A DNA stretch of 64,000 nt from Methylophilaceae bacterium (GCA_011391175.1 JAABQZ010000001.1:5915-69914); one strand, 5' to 3'; counted from the first letter of the stretch, positions 32,048 through 42,601 are shown. The notes: a model not told the origin generated them from the sequence alone. A program made the numbers and translations.

Positions 32048-34639
32048 ATGTCAGCAGCCCTACCAGTCAGCCCAAATTCCCGCAATGAGCTGCTAGCACT
32101 ACGTAGCGATTTAAAAACACAGCAAGCTGCTATTGAAGCCAGCTTTTTGCTACATAAAAACCCAGCACGTTTATTAAAAAATCAAACTCAACTCATTGAT
32201 AAACTGCTTAAAACAGTATGGCTGCAAGCTAATATCCATGTGGGATGTGGCTTAATCGCAGTTGGTGGCTATGGCCGTGGCGAGTTGTTCCCTTATTCCG
32301 ATATCGACTTGCTCATTTTACTCCCTGAGCAATTTCCAGAAGGTGAAAACCTAAAAATTGAAGCACTGATTGGCTTGCTGTGGGATATTGGCTTAAATGT
32401 TGGCCACAGCGTGCGCACGCAGCATGAATGCTTGACCGAAGCGAGCAATGACGTGACGGTACAAACCAATCTGCTGGAAGCACGTTATTTAGCGGGTAGC
32501 AAAGCACAATATAATGCTTTTTTAAGTGCCGTTAATGGACAAATGCACCCTGCCGAGTTTTTTACCGCCAAATTTAAAGAGCAAGACATTCGTCACGCTA
32601 AGTTTAACGACACTGCCTATAATCTAGAGCCTAATATTAAAGAAAGTCCGGGTGGGCTGCGCGATTTACACATGATTTTATGGTTGGCACAAAGCCAAGG
32701 GCTAGGTAAAAGTTGGCTAGATCTTGCCAAAAATCAACTTATTTCAGGCCCAGAGTTGCGCCAAATTAAACGCCATCAGCGCAATTTACAAACATTACGT
32801 ATACGTCTGCATTACTTGGCTAAAAGGCGTGAAGATAGATTGCTATTTGATTTTCAAAATGAGCTAGCAGCCGATTTGGGGTTTGTTACTAACCCACGTA
32901 AGCGTGCTAGTGAACAGCTGATGCAAAGCTATTACAGAAGTGTAAAGTATATTAGTTTAATCAATGAGATACTTGTTAAAACTTTAGAGTCTACTTTAAC
33001 TAAAACTGCCGCCAATATCACACCTATTAGTGATAATTTTGAAGCGCATAACCAGTGGTTGCAAGCCAAAAATGCACGTATTTTGCAACAACAGCCTACG
33101 GCAGTTCTAGAATGTTTTTTACTGCTACAACAACACCCAGAATTAGAAGGCATGGGTGCCAATTTAATACGCCAATTGCAACGCGTTAAAAAGTTGGTTA
33201 ATCGCGAATTTAGAGAGTTAAATGATAATAAATCTTTATTTATCAATATATTATCGCAATCCAAAGGTGTAAACCACAGCTTGCGCCGTATGAATCGTTA
33301 TGGCATTTTAGGTCAATATATTCCTGCTTTTGGCAAAATTGTTGGTCAAATGCAGCACGACTTATTTCATGTATATACCGTAGACGAGCATATTTTAAAC
33401 GTACTCGCCAACCTGCGCCGCTTTGCCAAGCCAGAGTTGAAACACGAGTTTCCCCTGTGCAGTCAATTATTTTCAGCTTTCGAAAAGCCTTATTTGCTTT
33501 ACCTTGCAGCGTTATTTCACGATATCGCCAAAGGCCGTGGTGGTGATCATTCTACGTTAGGCACGCATGATGCAAAACGCTTTTGCAAACTACATGGCTT
33601 GCCCAGAGAAGACGCGCAATTAGTCGCTTGGCTGGTCGAGCAACACTTAAAAATGTCCAGCACCGCGCAAAAATCTGATCTATCTGACGCCAATGTAATT
33701 ACCCAATTTGCGCAGCTTGTTAAGACAGAAACACGGTTAAATGCCTTGTATCTACTGACTGTAGCTGATATTCGTGGCACCAGCCCTGCTGTGTGGAATG
33801 CCTGGAAAGCACGTCTGCTAGAAAATCTGTTTTACGCAACCAAGCGTGTTCTGAACGATGAAAGCTTTAACGCACAGCAAACTGCAGATATCAGGCAGCA
33901 AGAAGCGGCTGATAAACTGAATAAGTATGGCCTAAGTGCGCAATCTTATCGCTTGTTATGGGGCATGCTGGGTATCGCCTATTTCACACGTTATGAAAGT
34001 GACGAAATTGCTTGGCAAAGCCGCTTGCTTACGCCCCATGCACAAAGTGACAAGCCGATTGTACGTGCGCGCTTAAGCCCCAATGGTGATGGCATACAGG
34101 TCATGATTTACAGCAAAGACCAAGATGATTTATTTGCACGCATCTGTAACTTTTTTGACCGTATGGCATATAGCATCGTAGAAGCCAAAATTTACACCAC
34201 GCTACATGGCTACGCATTAAATAGTTTTAGTGTTTTAGATCAATCAGGTAAGTCAGTTAGCTACAGTGGTTTGTTAAAATTTATTGAAAACGAATTAACT
34301 GAAAAAATCATCTCACCTAGCATAGAAGCACCACTAGAAGGCCGAATTAGCAGGCAAGTAAAACATACGCTTTTTAGCACGCAAATTAACATTTATGTGG
34401 AGCAAAAAAATCTTCAACATACCATTCATCACACGATAGAGATTGTGACAGGCGACCGTCCTGGCCTGTTAGCAAAAGTAGCGTTTATATTTTTGCAGCT
34501 GGGGATAGATTTGCACAATGCCAAAATTAATACACTTGGCAACCGCGCCGAAGATAGTTTCTTGGTTTCTGGTAAACAAGGCGCAACACTATCTAATACG
34601 CAACTCGCCATATTGGAAGAAGAGTTGTTGCGTTTGTAA
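32048..34639 (+). CDS. glnD: PII uridylyltransferase
   Basis: AVGGYGRGELFPYSDIDL, KESPGGLRD, HD domain (YTVDEH, FHDIAKGR), two ACT domains. Confidence 0.97.
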   Translation: MSAALPVSPNSRNELLALRSDLKTQQAAIEASFLLHKNPARLLKNQTQLIDKLLKTVWLQANIHVGCGLIAVGGYGRGELFPYSDIDLLILLPEQFPEGENLKIEALIGLLWDIGLNVGHSVRTQHECLTEASNDVTVQTNLLEARYLAGSKAQYNAFLSAVNGQMHPAEFFTAKFKEQDIRHAKFNDTAYNLEPNIKESPGGLRDLHMILWLAQSQGLGKSWLDLAKNQLISGPELRQIKRHQRNLQTLRIRLHYLAKRREDRLLFDFQNELAADLGFVTNPRKRASEQLMQSYYRSVKYISLINEILVKTLESTLTKTAANITPISDNFEAHNQWLQAKNARILQQQPTAVLECFLLLQQHPELEGMGANLIRQLQRVKKLVNREFRELNDNKSLFINILSQSKGVNHSLRRMNRYGILGQYIPAFGKIVGQMQHDLFHVYTVDEHILNVLANLRRFAKPELKHEFPLCSQLFSAFEKPYLLYLAALFHDIAKGRGGDHSTLGTHDAKRFCKLHGLPREDAQLVAWLVEQHLKMSSTAQKSDLSDANVITQFAQLVKTETRLNALYLLTVADIRGTSPAVWNAWKARLLENLFYATKRVLNDESFNAQQTADIRQQEAADKLNKYGLSAQSYRLLWGMLGIAYFTRYESDEIAWQSRLLTPHAQSDKPIVRARLSPNGDGIQVMIYSKDQDDLFARICNFFDRMAYSIVEAKIYTTLHGYALNSFSVLDQSGKSVSYSGLLKFIENELTEKIISPSIEAPLEGRISRQVKHTLFSTQINIYVEQKNLQHTIHHTIEIVTGDRPGLLAKVAFIFLQLGIDLHNAKINTLGNRAEDSFLVSGKQGATLSNTQLAILEEELLRL
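32218..32254 (+). repeat. Intragenic copy of the 14-11-14 element in glnD (encodes LQANIHVG)
   Basis: ATGGCTGCAAGCT-AATATCCATGT-GGGATGTGGCTTA. Confidence 0.55.
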
Positions 34640-34664
34640 GTAATAAACCACGTGGCCTAAAAAC

Positions 34665-34703
34665 ACGCCCCGCAAGCCTCACGAGTATTGGCTTACAGAG
34701 ATA
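34665..34703 (-). repeat. Dispersed 39-bp 14-11-14 quasi-palindrome, near-full copy
   Basis: Minus strand TATCTCTGTAAGCC-AATACTCGTGA-GGCTTGCGGGGCGT. Confidence 0.78.
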
Positions 34704-34725
34704 CTACAAAAATACTCATCAAGCC

Positions 34726-35010
34726 TTAATCAAAGTGATAATGCTTACGTAGTGGTTTTTTCACTTCCCACAAGCAAGATAAACCTGCAGGAAACGTTAC
34801 CAAATCACCCTTACCAAAAGTCACGGGTGCACCACCATTTTTCGGCGTAATTGTTACTTCGCCCTCTAAAATATAGGCAATCTCTTGCGAGTTGTAACTC
34901 CATGGGAATTTAGACACTTCTTTAGACCAAGTTGGCCAGCTGGTTACCCCTAGTGCTGCAAGTTTACTGGCATCAGCTTTTTCTACAGTCACATTTAAAA
35001 TGTTATTCAT
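34726..35010 (-). CDS. Cupin_3 (DUF861/EutQ-like) protein
   Basis: LGVTSWPTW....FPW.Y...E.AYILEG, GDLVTFPAG, W.V..P..KHY. Confidence 0.88.
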   Translation of the reverse strand: MNNILNVTVEKADASKLAALGVTSWPTWSKEVSKFPWSYNSQEIAYILEGEVTITPKNGGAPVTFGKGDLVTFPAGLSCLWEVKKPLRKHYHFD

Positions 35011-35031
35011 TTTAATGCTCCTAAAAACAAC

Positions 35032-35052
35032 AAACCTCCCTAACGGAGGTTT
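35032..35052 (-). terminator. Hairpin between the two cupin genes
   Basis: AAACCTCC-CTAAC-GGAGGTTT. Confidence 0.65.
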
Positions 35053-35090
35053 ATTGTATGCTTAACGTACAAAAATACAATACACTGTTT

Positions 35091-35366
35091 TTAAGAGTGT
35101 TTGTAGTGCTTTTTCAGTTGCTTAATTACTTCCCATTGTGATTTCATACCTTTAGGGAACACCACAAAATCACCGGCTTTGATAGTTACTTTTTCACCAC
35201 CTTGTGGTGTTACTGTAAATTCACCTTCAAGCACGTAGGCACTCTCCGTCATACTGAAATCAAGTGGGAACTTAGAAGGCGCGCAATCCCAAATTGACCA
35301 GCTGGAAACGCCGAGTTCTTTCAATTTTTCTGGGGTTGGATTGTGATCGATTTGAATTTGGCTCAT
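35091..35366 (-). CDS. Cupin_3 (DUF861/EutQ-like) protein, tandem paralog
   Basis: LGVSSWSIW...SKFP, E.AYVLEG, GDFVVFPKG, KHY. Confidence 0.88.
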   Translation of the reverse strand: MSQIQIDHNPTPEKLKELGVSSWSIWDCAPSKFPLDFSMTESAYVLEGEFTVTPQGGEKVTIKAGDFVVFPKGMKSQWEVIKQLKKHYKHS

Positions 35367-35395
35367 GAGAATTCCTTAAAAATCATTAAAAATCA

Positions 35396-35425
35396 AAATA
35401 AAATGCCGCTTGCTATGAAGCGGCA
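35396..35425 (-). terminator. Terminator downstream of tRNA-Ser
   Basis: TGCCGCTT-GCTATG-AAGCGGCA with a T tract on the minus strand. Confidence 0.7.
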
Positions 35426-35448
35426 CCGAAGATTTCATACATAAAATT

Positions 35449-35538
35449 TGGCGGAAGAGGTGAGATTCGAACTCACGGTGGGCTCGCACCCACGACAGTT
35501 TTCAAGACTGTAGCATTAAACCGCTCTGCCACTCTTCC
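35449..35538 (-). tRNA. tRNA-Ser(TGA)
   Basis: GGAAGAGTGGCAGAGCGGTTTAATGCTACAGTCT-TGA-AAACTGT...GTTCGAATC...TCTTCCGCCA; long variable arm; encoded CCA; TATAAT plus GCGCGC discriminator at 35560-35571. Confidence 0.97.
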
Positions 35539-35595
35539 TGCGATTACTTTTGAAACGAAGCGCGCATTATACCCAAAAATATTGGGCTTGAACAT

Positions 35596-36129
35596 CTAGT
35601 CATCAACAATATTTTGCCCTGCAAACAGCACGTCGGTGTAGCCAAATTGGCTTAAATCAGTAATACGCATTGGGTATAGAATACCCTGCAAATGGTCGCA
35701 CTCATGTTGTACTACGCGGGCATGAAAGCCGCTGACCAACCTATCAATATTATGACCAAACTGATCAAAGCCTGTGTAATGCAGACGCGTATAACGCGGC
35801 ACCACGCCGCGCATACCTGGAACAGATAAACAACCTTCCCAGTCCTCTTCTATTTCGTCGCCAATAAAGTTTAAAGTCGGGTTAATTAACACCGTGTAAG
35901 GTACTAGCTCGGCATCTGGGTAGCGCGGATTTGCGCCAACGCCAAAAATCACCACTTGTAAGCTCACGCCAATTTGCGGGGCGGCAATGCCGGCACCATT
36001 CATCGCTTGCATGGTATCTTGCATATCTTCAATGAGTGCATGTAATTCTGGGGTGTTAAATTCTGTAACAGGTCGTGCCTGTTGTAATAACAGTGGCTCA
36101 CCCATGCGTAATACGGTTTTAATTGCCAT
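35596..36129 (-). CDS. def: Peptide deformylase
   Basis: [25 protein letters not shown]. Confidence 0.95.
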   Translation of the reverse strand: MAIKTVLRMGEPLLLQQARPVTEFNTPELHALIEDMQDTMQAMNGAGIAAPQIGVSLQVVIFGVGANPRYPDAELVPYTVLINPTLNFIGDEIEEDWEGCLSVPGMRGVVPRYTRLHYTGFDQFGHNIDRLVSGFHARVVQHECDHLQGILYPMRITDLSQFGYTDVLFAGQNIVDD

Positions 36130-36142
36130 GTTTCTAATCCAG

Positions 36143-36892
36143 TTAAGCTTGTGCGTTTACACGCGCAATTTCCTCTATTAATTCACACACGCCTTGCATG
36201 GTGCGCGCTAAATTAGCACTTATATCTGCAAAGTTAATCCCTTTACTACTGTCACCGCGCCCAGCCGCGTGATTGACCACAGGGCATAATGCCGCATAAT
36301 GCAGTCCCAGCTCGCGCGCTAACACAGCTTCAGGCATACCTGTCATCCCGACAAGTGTAGCCCCGTCACGCTCTAGCTTGTTAATTTCTGCTGCGGTTTC
36401 TAACCGCGGGCCTTGCACACAGGCATAGACGCCAGTTTCTACCAAAGGTTGCTTAATATTGGCCGCAGCAAGCTTGCAAGCTTGTCTTAATTGGCTCGAA
36501 TACGGCTCGGTAAAGTCAATATGCTTAACTGGCAGTTCAATACCGTCATGATAAGTATTATTGCGACCATGTGTATAGTCAATTAACTGATTTGGTAGCA
36601 CAACATCTCCAGCATTGAGTTGCCCATCAATGCCGCCTACCGTGGCAATAGCCAACACACTTTGCGTGCCTGCTGCATGCAATGCCCACATATTAGCGCG
36701 GTAATTTACCGCATGTGGCGGAATCGTATGGCCTGCACCATGTCGCGCCAAAAAAACCACTTCTACACCTGCCAAATTACCAAAAATAAGCGGATGTGAA
36801 GCCTCACCATAAGGTGTTCGTGCAATTTCTCGCCGGCTTATTTGCAAGCAACGTAATTGAGTAAGGCCTGTGCCACCTATAATACCTAACAT
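36143..36892 (-). CDS. mtnP: S-methyl-5'-thioinosine/thioadenosine phosphorylase
   Basis: [48 protein letters not shown] (NHA suggests the MTI type). Confidence 0.88.
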   Translation of the reverse strand: MLGIIGGTGLTQLRCLQISRREIARTPYGEASHPLIFGNLAGVEVVFLARHGAGHTIPPHAVNYRANMWALHAAGTQSVLAIATVGGIDGQLNAGDVVLPNQLIDYTHGRNNTYHDGIELPVKHIDFTEPYSSQLRQACKLAAANIKQPLVETGVYACVQGPRLETAAEINKLERDGATLVGMTGMPEAVLARELGLHYAALCPVVNHAAGRGDSSKGINFADISANLARTMQGVCELIEEIARVNAQA

Positions 36893-37022
36893 AGTCTACC
36901 TAACATGATTGATGCCTAGCCATTATTGGCTACATATTTGGCTTATTGTAGCGCATGCAAGCGGCTTTCGCTTTAGGGTTTACATATTTTATGATGGACT
37001 TGTTTTATAGTGTACTAGTTAT

Positions 37023-37955
37023 ATGTCGGCACTGTTTTATGTCATACTTGCAATTATGGCGATTGATTCCGACATTTTTAATGTAACTAACAGCAAAAAT
37101 GCGCTTGATTTAAGTCTAGACGACAGTCTTAACTTAACTCAGCAGCATTACGAAAACTTTCCTGTGGCTTCATTTGTATTGCCTAAGCATTTGCGCGACC
37201 CGATTGCACTTATTTATACCTTTGCACGACAATCGGATGATTTTGCTGACGAAGGTCACCACAAGCCCGCTTGGCGCTTGGCAAAATTGCATGGTTTTAA
37301 GTTAGAGCTCGATTTAATTCGTGATAATGGCAAAACAAAATCACCGTTTTTTAACGAGCTTAGCACTATTATTCGCAAGTACAACCTGCCGCTAGAGCCA
37401 TTTTACGATTTGCTGGACGCATTCGGCCAAGACGTCACTAAAGAGCGCTATGCTAACTTTTATGAAGTGCTGGATTACTGTCGCCGCTCTGCCAACCCCA
37501 TTGGTACTTTATTGCTGCATTTGTTTGACAAAGCCACGCCAGAAAATTTAATCTATTCCAACAAAATCTGTACTGCATTACAGCTCATCAATTTTTATCA
37601 AGATGTTGCGATTGATTTTGAAAACGAGTTTCATAAAAGCCGCATCTATTTGTGCCAAGATGAAATGAAAGCCTACAGCGTGACAGAAGCCCAAATTGCC
37701 AGCCAGCATGTGAATAGGCATTGGGAAAGCTTCATGCTATTCAATATAGAGCGTGCAGAAGCCTTGTTAAAAGAAGGTAAGCCGCTGGAGCATATTTTGC
37801 CAGGACGTATGGGCCTTGAAATGCGCATGATTATTGCGGGAGGCGAACGCGTCATTTATAAACTTAAAAACGTACGCGGTGACGTATTTAAGCACCGCCC
37901 AACTCTGCAAACTTGGGATTGGCCAGTGATTTTACTTAACGCATTGCTGCGATAA
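37023..37955 (+). CDS. hpnC: Squalene synthase HpnC
   Basis: HYENFPVAS, DDFADEG, YCRRSANPIG, LQLINFYQD; start uncertain. Confidence 0.92.
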   Translation: MSALFYVILAIMAIDSDIFNVTNSKNALDLSLDDSLNLTQQHYENFPVASFVLPKHLRDPIALIYTFARQSDDFADEGHHKPAWRLAKLHGFKLELDLIRDNGKTKSPFFNELSTIIRKYNLPLEPFYDLLDAFGQDVTKERYANFYEVLDYCRRSANPIGTLLLHLFDKATPENLIYSNKICTALQLINFYQDVAIDFENEFHKSRIYLCQDEMKAYSVTEAQIASQHVNRHWESFMLFNIERAEALLKEGKPLEHILPGRMGLEMRMIIAGGERVIYKLKNVRGDVFKHRPTLQTWDWPVILLNALLR

Positions 37956-37982
37956 ACTTTGATTAATGACGGCACTAAGTTC

Positions 37983-38822
37983 ATGACGCCATTAGCATAT
38001 TGCAAACAAAAAGCCGCGCAAAGTGGCTCCAGTTTTACCGTGAGCTTTATTTTTTTACCAAAAACACAGCGCAATGCCATGACTGCACTTTACGCATTCT
38101 GCCGCGAAGTGGACGATGTCGTAGATGAGTGCACCGATTACAGCGTGGCCGAAGCCAAGCTAAATTGGTGGAAAAGTGAAGTGCAAAATTTATACGCCAA
38201 CACGCCACAACACCCTATTACCAAAGCCTTGCAGCCATTTGTGCAACAATTTAATCTCGCTCAAGAGCACTTTTTAGAGATTATTGACGGCATGGAAATG
38301 GATTTAAAATTCAATCGCTATGAAGATTTTAAGCAGCTGCAACTATATTGCTACCGCGTGGCGAGTGTGGTTGGTCTGCTTTCTGCCAGTATTTTCGGTT
38401 TTAAAAATCGTAAAACGCTTAAATATGCACATGACTTAGGCATGGCGTTTCAGCTCACTAATATTATTCGCGATGTAGGCGAAGATGCGCGCAGAGGCCG
38501 TATTTACTTGCCGCTGGACGAGCTAAAAAAAGCTAATGTAAGCGAAGATGATATTCTACAAAGTCGCGAAACACCTGCAGTAAAAGAACTTATCGAGTTT
38601 CAAATTGAGCGCGCAGAAAGTTATTACGACAAAGCTTTGCACGAATTGCCTGCTGAAGATGCCAAGCAGCAACGCACCGGGCTCATGATGGCGGCGATTT
38701 ATCGCACCCTATTGCGTGAAATTAAAGCCGATAGTGCTGAGAAAGTACTCAACAGCAGAACCTCACTGCCACCTTTACGCAAGTTCATGTTAGCAGCGAG
38801 AGCCTACTTCAAATATGCCTAA
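37983..38822 (+). CDS. hpnD: Presqualene diphosphate synthase HpnD
   Basis: SGSSF, YAFCREVDDVVD, YCYRVA, QLTNIIRDVGED..RGRIYLP; ATG at 37983. Confidence 0.93.
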   Translation: MTPLAYCKQKAAQSGSSFTVSFIFLPKTQRNAMTALYAFCREVDDVVDECTDYSVAEAKLNWWKSEVQNLYANTPQHPITKALQPFVQQFNLAQEHFLEIIDGMEMDLKFNRYEDFKQLQLYCYRVASVVGLLSASIFGFKNRKTLKYAHDLGMAFQLTNIIRDVGEDARRGRIYLPLDELKKANVSEDDILQSRETPAVKELIEFQIERAESYYDKALHELPAEDAKQQRTGLMMAAIYRTLLREIKADSAEKVLNSRTSLPPLRKFMLAARAYFKYA

Positions 38823-38858
38823 ATTAAACTATACCTAAAGTGAACTATATCTAAAATA
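38811..38858 (+). repeat. Three imperfect 16-nt tandem repeats spanning the hpnD stop codon
   Basis: AAATATGCCTAAATTA / AACTATACCTAAAGTG / AACTATATCTAAAATA. Confidence 0.6.
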
Positions 38859-38862
38859 AAGC

Positions 38863-40191
38863 ATGGCTAAACAAGTGATTATTATTGGAGCTGGAATAGC
38901 AGGCCTGGCAGCCGCATCCACATTGGCTTCCAGAGGCGTTAAAGTGATATTGCTAGAAGCCGCCGGGCAATTAGGTGGTCGCGCGCGTAGCGTCGCTATT
39001 GAATATAATAGCCAAGTCGTTCAGCTAGACAACGGCCAGCATATTATGCTGGGCGCTTATACAGAAACGCTTAAACTGCTTAAGCAAGTGGGGATTAATG
39101 CGCAAGATGCATTTATGCGCATGCCGTTAAGCCTAGAGCTGCAAAATTTAGCACAGCGTGATGGCAATAAAACTGTATTTAAACTGAATATACCTAGTTA
39201 TTTACCTGCACCCATAAATCAGCTATTTGGATTCTTAGACTGCCAGGGCCTGAGTTGGCGTGAACGTATAGCCGCTATTCAGTTTATGTTGCGCTTAAAG
39301 AACAGCCAGTATCAGCTTACTACTGACAGCCCTCTGGCTGATTTTTTACAGCAAAACCAACAGTCTAGCCAGGTGATTAGGCTGTTATGGGAGCCGCTAT
39401 GCCTAGCTGCGCTTAACACACCGATTAACTTGGCCAGTAGCAAAGTATTTTTAAATGTGCTAAAAGATACGTTTAACAGTAAGCTGAACAGCGACTTTTT
39501 GCTACCTAGGCAGGATTTATCACAACTATTTTCACAACCGATTGAGAGTTATCTCAAAAAGCATGGCGCAAAAATTCAGCTGAATCAGCGTGTTAAAAGC
39601 ATCAAAACTGATAAAAATGGCTACCTTGTTTACACCAAAGATGCACAATTTAAAGCAAGTCATGTCATCGTTGCTATTTCGCCAGTTCGGCTGCGGAACG
39701 TGATTACTGAGCTACCTAAACTGGAATTTGCTGCACAGCAAACTGATCGTTATGATTATCAGCCCATCTATACGATTTATTTGCAGTATGAACGCGACAC
39801 CACGCTGTCAAAACCTATGCTGGGCATGGTTGGCGGAGTCAGTCAGTGGGTATTTGATCGTGGTATATTATGCGGTCAAAATGGGCTAATGGCAGTCATT
39901 ATTAGCGCAGAAGGCAAACATCAGCAGTACACACAGGACACGCTGGCATTGAGGGTGGCGCAAGAGCTACGCGATGCATTTCCGCAACTGATTAAACCAC
40001 TCTGGCACAAAGTGATAGCTGAAAAGCGTGCTACTTTTTCCTGTGACGTAAACTTGCCACGTCCCGCTAACTTAACATCTTATACAGGGCTATATTTAGC
40101 TGGCGATTATACCTATGCGGACTACCCCGCTACCATAGAAGGTGCAGTGCGTAGCGGGCTTGCTTGTGCCGAATTAGTGTGCAATTCTTAA
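38863..40191 (+). CDS. hpnE: Hydroxysqualene dehydroxylase HpnE
   Basis: GAGIAG FAD motif, LGGRARS, LDNGQH, EKRATF, LAGDY...YPATIEGAVRSG. Confidence 0.92.
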   Translation: MAKQVIIIGAGIAGLAAASTLASRGVKVILLEAAGQLGGRARSVAIEYNSQVVQLDNGQHIMLGAYTETLKLLKQVGINAQDAFMRMPLSLELQNLAQRDGNKTVFKLNIPSYLPAPINQLFGFLDCQGLSWRERIAAIQFMLRLKNSQYQLTTDSPLADFLQQNQQSSQVIRLLWEPLCLAALNTPINLASSKVFLNVLKDTFNSKLNSDFLLPRQDLSQLFSQPIESYLKKHGAKIQLNQRVKSIKTDKNGYLVYTKDAQFKASHVIVAISPVRLRNVITELPKLEFAAQQTDRYDYQPIYTIYLQYERDTTLSKPMLGMVGGVSQWVFDRGILCGQNGLMAVIISAEGKHQQYTQDTLALRVAQELRDAFPQLIKPLWHKVIAEKRATFSCDVNLPRPANLTSYTGLYLAGDYTYADYPATIEGAVRSGLACAELVCNS

Positions 40192-40220
40192 CATGTCATT
40201 TTAATAAAATGGCTTGTTAG

Positions 40221-41108
40221 TTAGTAGCCTAGCTTAGCTTTCTCTCTTTTCAACTTATCTTTAACTCTTCTGAATATTCGATAAAATATAGGCGGGGTTA
40301 AGTCTCTCAAATAATTATCAAACACTAGCTCGCGTACTTCTTTTTTTGTTGCAGCATCATCGTCTGGGCGAGCTTTATACATGGTTGAGTGCGCCACAGT
40401 GTCTTCATAAATGCGCTTGGAAGCAGTGTAATAATACAGCGCTATAGACCGTCTTTTAACGTTTTCAGGGCAAGTCAGTGGGTCAGGGTGACCATGGAAA
40501 CTATCTGCATCCGTATTAAAAATGACACAGCGGTTATACACTGGTGCGATGGTATGCACCTTACCTTGCATTTTTTTATCCCAAAGCTCTAGATGGCCAC
40601 CATACTCATCTTTCCAGTCTTTGTTAAGATAGATAATGACATTGAGACGACGATTTAAATGTAGGGTGTCATTGATTCTAAAGTCCGCATGTATCCCTAA
40701 CTTTCCACCTGTCGCTGTTTCATGAAACCCGCCCCCAACAAAATAAGGGTCTGGAATAAGCGATGGAATAGTAGTGAGCGACTGTAAGAACTCAACGATT
40801 GCATGCGAGTTAAAGAAACCAAACACCTCACGAATAAAGCCGTTACAGTCTGCAGGCATAATTTGTCTCTTGTGCAAACCAGCATATCCGCCATTAAACA
40901 CTACATCACCTTCTAAGCCTTCAGTAGGAAAGTTATCAATGATTTTATTGATAAGTGCCTCAGGTAAAAAATTATCAATCACAATATGTGGGAATGGCTC
41001 AGCAAAGCAATAGTCCCCACTTAAATTTTCTCCAAATTGCTTCGCCTCTTTTGCGTTCAAATAAACGCCATCATCCATGGTAATCGGAAGTGTTGCTTGA
41101 TGAAACAT
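40221..41108 (-). CDS. 2OG-Fe(II) oxygenase
   Basis: PFPHIVIDNF, HADF (HxD), SFHGHP, RRSIALYYY. Confidence 0.88.
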   Translation of the reverse strand: MFHQATLPITMDDGVYLNAKEAKQFGENLSGDYCFAEPFPHIVIDNFLPEALINKIIDNFPTEGLEGDVVFNGGYAGLHKRQIMPADCNGFIREVFGFFNSHAIVEFLQSLTTIPSLIPDPYFVGGGFHETATGGKLGIHADFRINDTLHLNRRLNVIIYLNKDWKDEYGGHLELWDKKMQGKVHTIAPVYNRCVIFNTDADSFHGHPDPLTCPENVKRRSIALYYYTASKRIYEDTVAHSTMYKARPDDDAATKKEVRELVFDNYLRDLTPPIFYRIFRRVKDKLKREKAKLGY

Positions 41109-41205
41109 ACGCCGCCTTTAATAATAAACTATAAATTTGCTAAGAAATATATCTCAATCTTGATTGTTAAACAATAGCCTAACTAGCACAGCTCTAGGTG
41201 AGTAT

Positions 41206-42585
41206 TTACAGTTGCCTAAGCGCTTGTTCTAGACGTTCTACAGCAATCACTTCTAAGCCTGCAATTTTGGATTGGGGTGAATTAGATTTAGGTGCATTCG
41301 CTTTTGGCACAATGGCTTTGGTAAAACCTAGCTTAGCCGCCTCCTTTAAGCGCATTTGACCGCCCTGCACAGGACGCACTTCTCCTGCGAGTCCAACTTC
41401 ACCAAATACAATAAGTTTTGGCTCTAATGCTTTGTTTTTTAGTGAAGAAACTATAGATAATATAACTGCCAAATCGACTGCTGGCTCTGCAATCTTTACG
41501 CCACCGACTGCGTTGATAAACACATCTTGGTCAAAACATGGGATACCCGCATGGCGATTTAACACTGCCAACAGCATGGCCAAACGGTTTTGTTCAAGGC
41601 CTGTCGCTAAGCGCTTAGGATTGGGTGCGTGACTTTCATCTACTAGCGCTTGAATTTCGATTAATAGTGGACGCGTTCCTTCCATCGTGACTGTGATGCA
41701 ACTACCTGCAACTTGGCCTTCGTGATGCGATAAAAACAAGGCGGATGGGTTAGATACTTCGCGCAACCCGTGTTCTGTCATGGCGAATACACCCAGCTCG
41801 TTGACGGCACCAAAACGGTTTTTAAAAGCACGGATAAGACGGAAACTGGAGTTTTGATCGCCTTCAAAATATAAAACCGTGTCGACAATATGCTCTAAAA
41901 CCCTTGGCCCTGCTAGCGAACCTTCTTTGGTCACATGTCCGACCAAAATTACGGTAATGCCAAGTTGTTTGGCCAATCGTGTCAATTGTGCAGAACATTC
42001 GCGCACTTGCGCTACCGAACCAGGTGCGGACTGCAAAGCTTCAGAATAGACGGTTTGAATCGAATCAATCACTGCAATATTGGGTTTATGCGTATGCAAC
42101 GTGGCAAGAATTTTTTCTAGGTTGATTTCTGCTAACAACTCCACCTGGCTAGCATCCAAGCCCAAACGCTTAGCGCGCATGGCGATTTGCTGTGGTGATT
42201 CCTCACCACTCACGTAAATAGCCTGGCTAGATTTGCCTAAATGGCAAAGTACCTGCAAAAGTAGCGTAGATTTGCCGATGCCAGGGTCGCCACCAATTAG
42301 CACCACACCGCCTTCTACCAAGCCACCGCCTAACACGCGGTCAAACTCGCTAATACCTGTTGGCGTTCTTTCAATATCTGCGGCTTTGATGCTGCTTAAT
42401 TTCTGTAATTGGCTAGAGGCCGCTAAACCTTCAAATTTATTGGCGTAACGGTTGGTTGAGGTACCAGATTCTTCGATGCTTTCTACCATTGAGTTCCAAG
42501 CCAAGCATGCGGGGCATTGGCCTTGCCATTTTGGTTCGCTAGCACCACACTCGGTGCAGCTGTAGATAGTTTTTGCTTTTGCCAC
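41206..42585 (-). CDS. radA: DNA repair protein RadA/Sms
   Basis: C4 zinc finger, GDPGIGKST, KNRFG; GTG start at 42585. Confidence 0.97.
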   Translation of the reverse strand: MAKAKTIYSCTECGASEPKWQGQCPACLAWNSMVESIEESGTSTNRYANKFEGLAASSQLQKLSSIKAADIERTPTGISEFDRVLGGGLVEGGVVLIGGDPGIGKSTLLLQVLCHLGKSSQAIYVSGEESPQQIAMRAKRLGLDASQVELLAEINLEKILATLHTHKPNIAVIDSIQTVYSEALQSAPGSVAQVRECSAQLTRLAKQLGITVILVGHVTKEGSLAGPRVLEHIVDTVLYFEGDQNSSFRLIRAFKNRFGAVNELGVFAMTEHGLREVSNPSALFLSHHEGQVAGSCITVTMEGTRPLLIEIQALVDESHAPNPKRLATGLEQNRLAMLLAVLNRHAGIPCFDQDVFINAVGGVKIAEPAVDLAVILSIVSSLKNKALEPKLIVFGEVGLAGEVRPVQGGQMRLKEAAKLGFTKAIVPKANAPKSNSPQSKIAGLEVIAVERLEQALRQL

Positions 42586-42601
42586 GTAAATTATTTTACT
42601 G

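Noticed and set aside
34640-35538. Genomic island integrated at tRNA-Ser
   Set aside because: No integrase and no duplicated tRNA 3' end nearby; only two small cupin genes lie before glnD.
36143-36892. Hopanoid nucleosidase HpnG, suggested by adjacency to hpnCDE
   Set aside because: The motifs are those of the MTAP/MTI phosphorylase family, and the gene is divergent and co-oriented with def.
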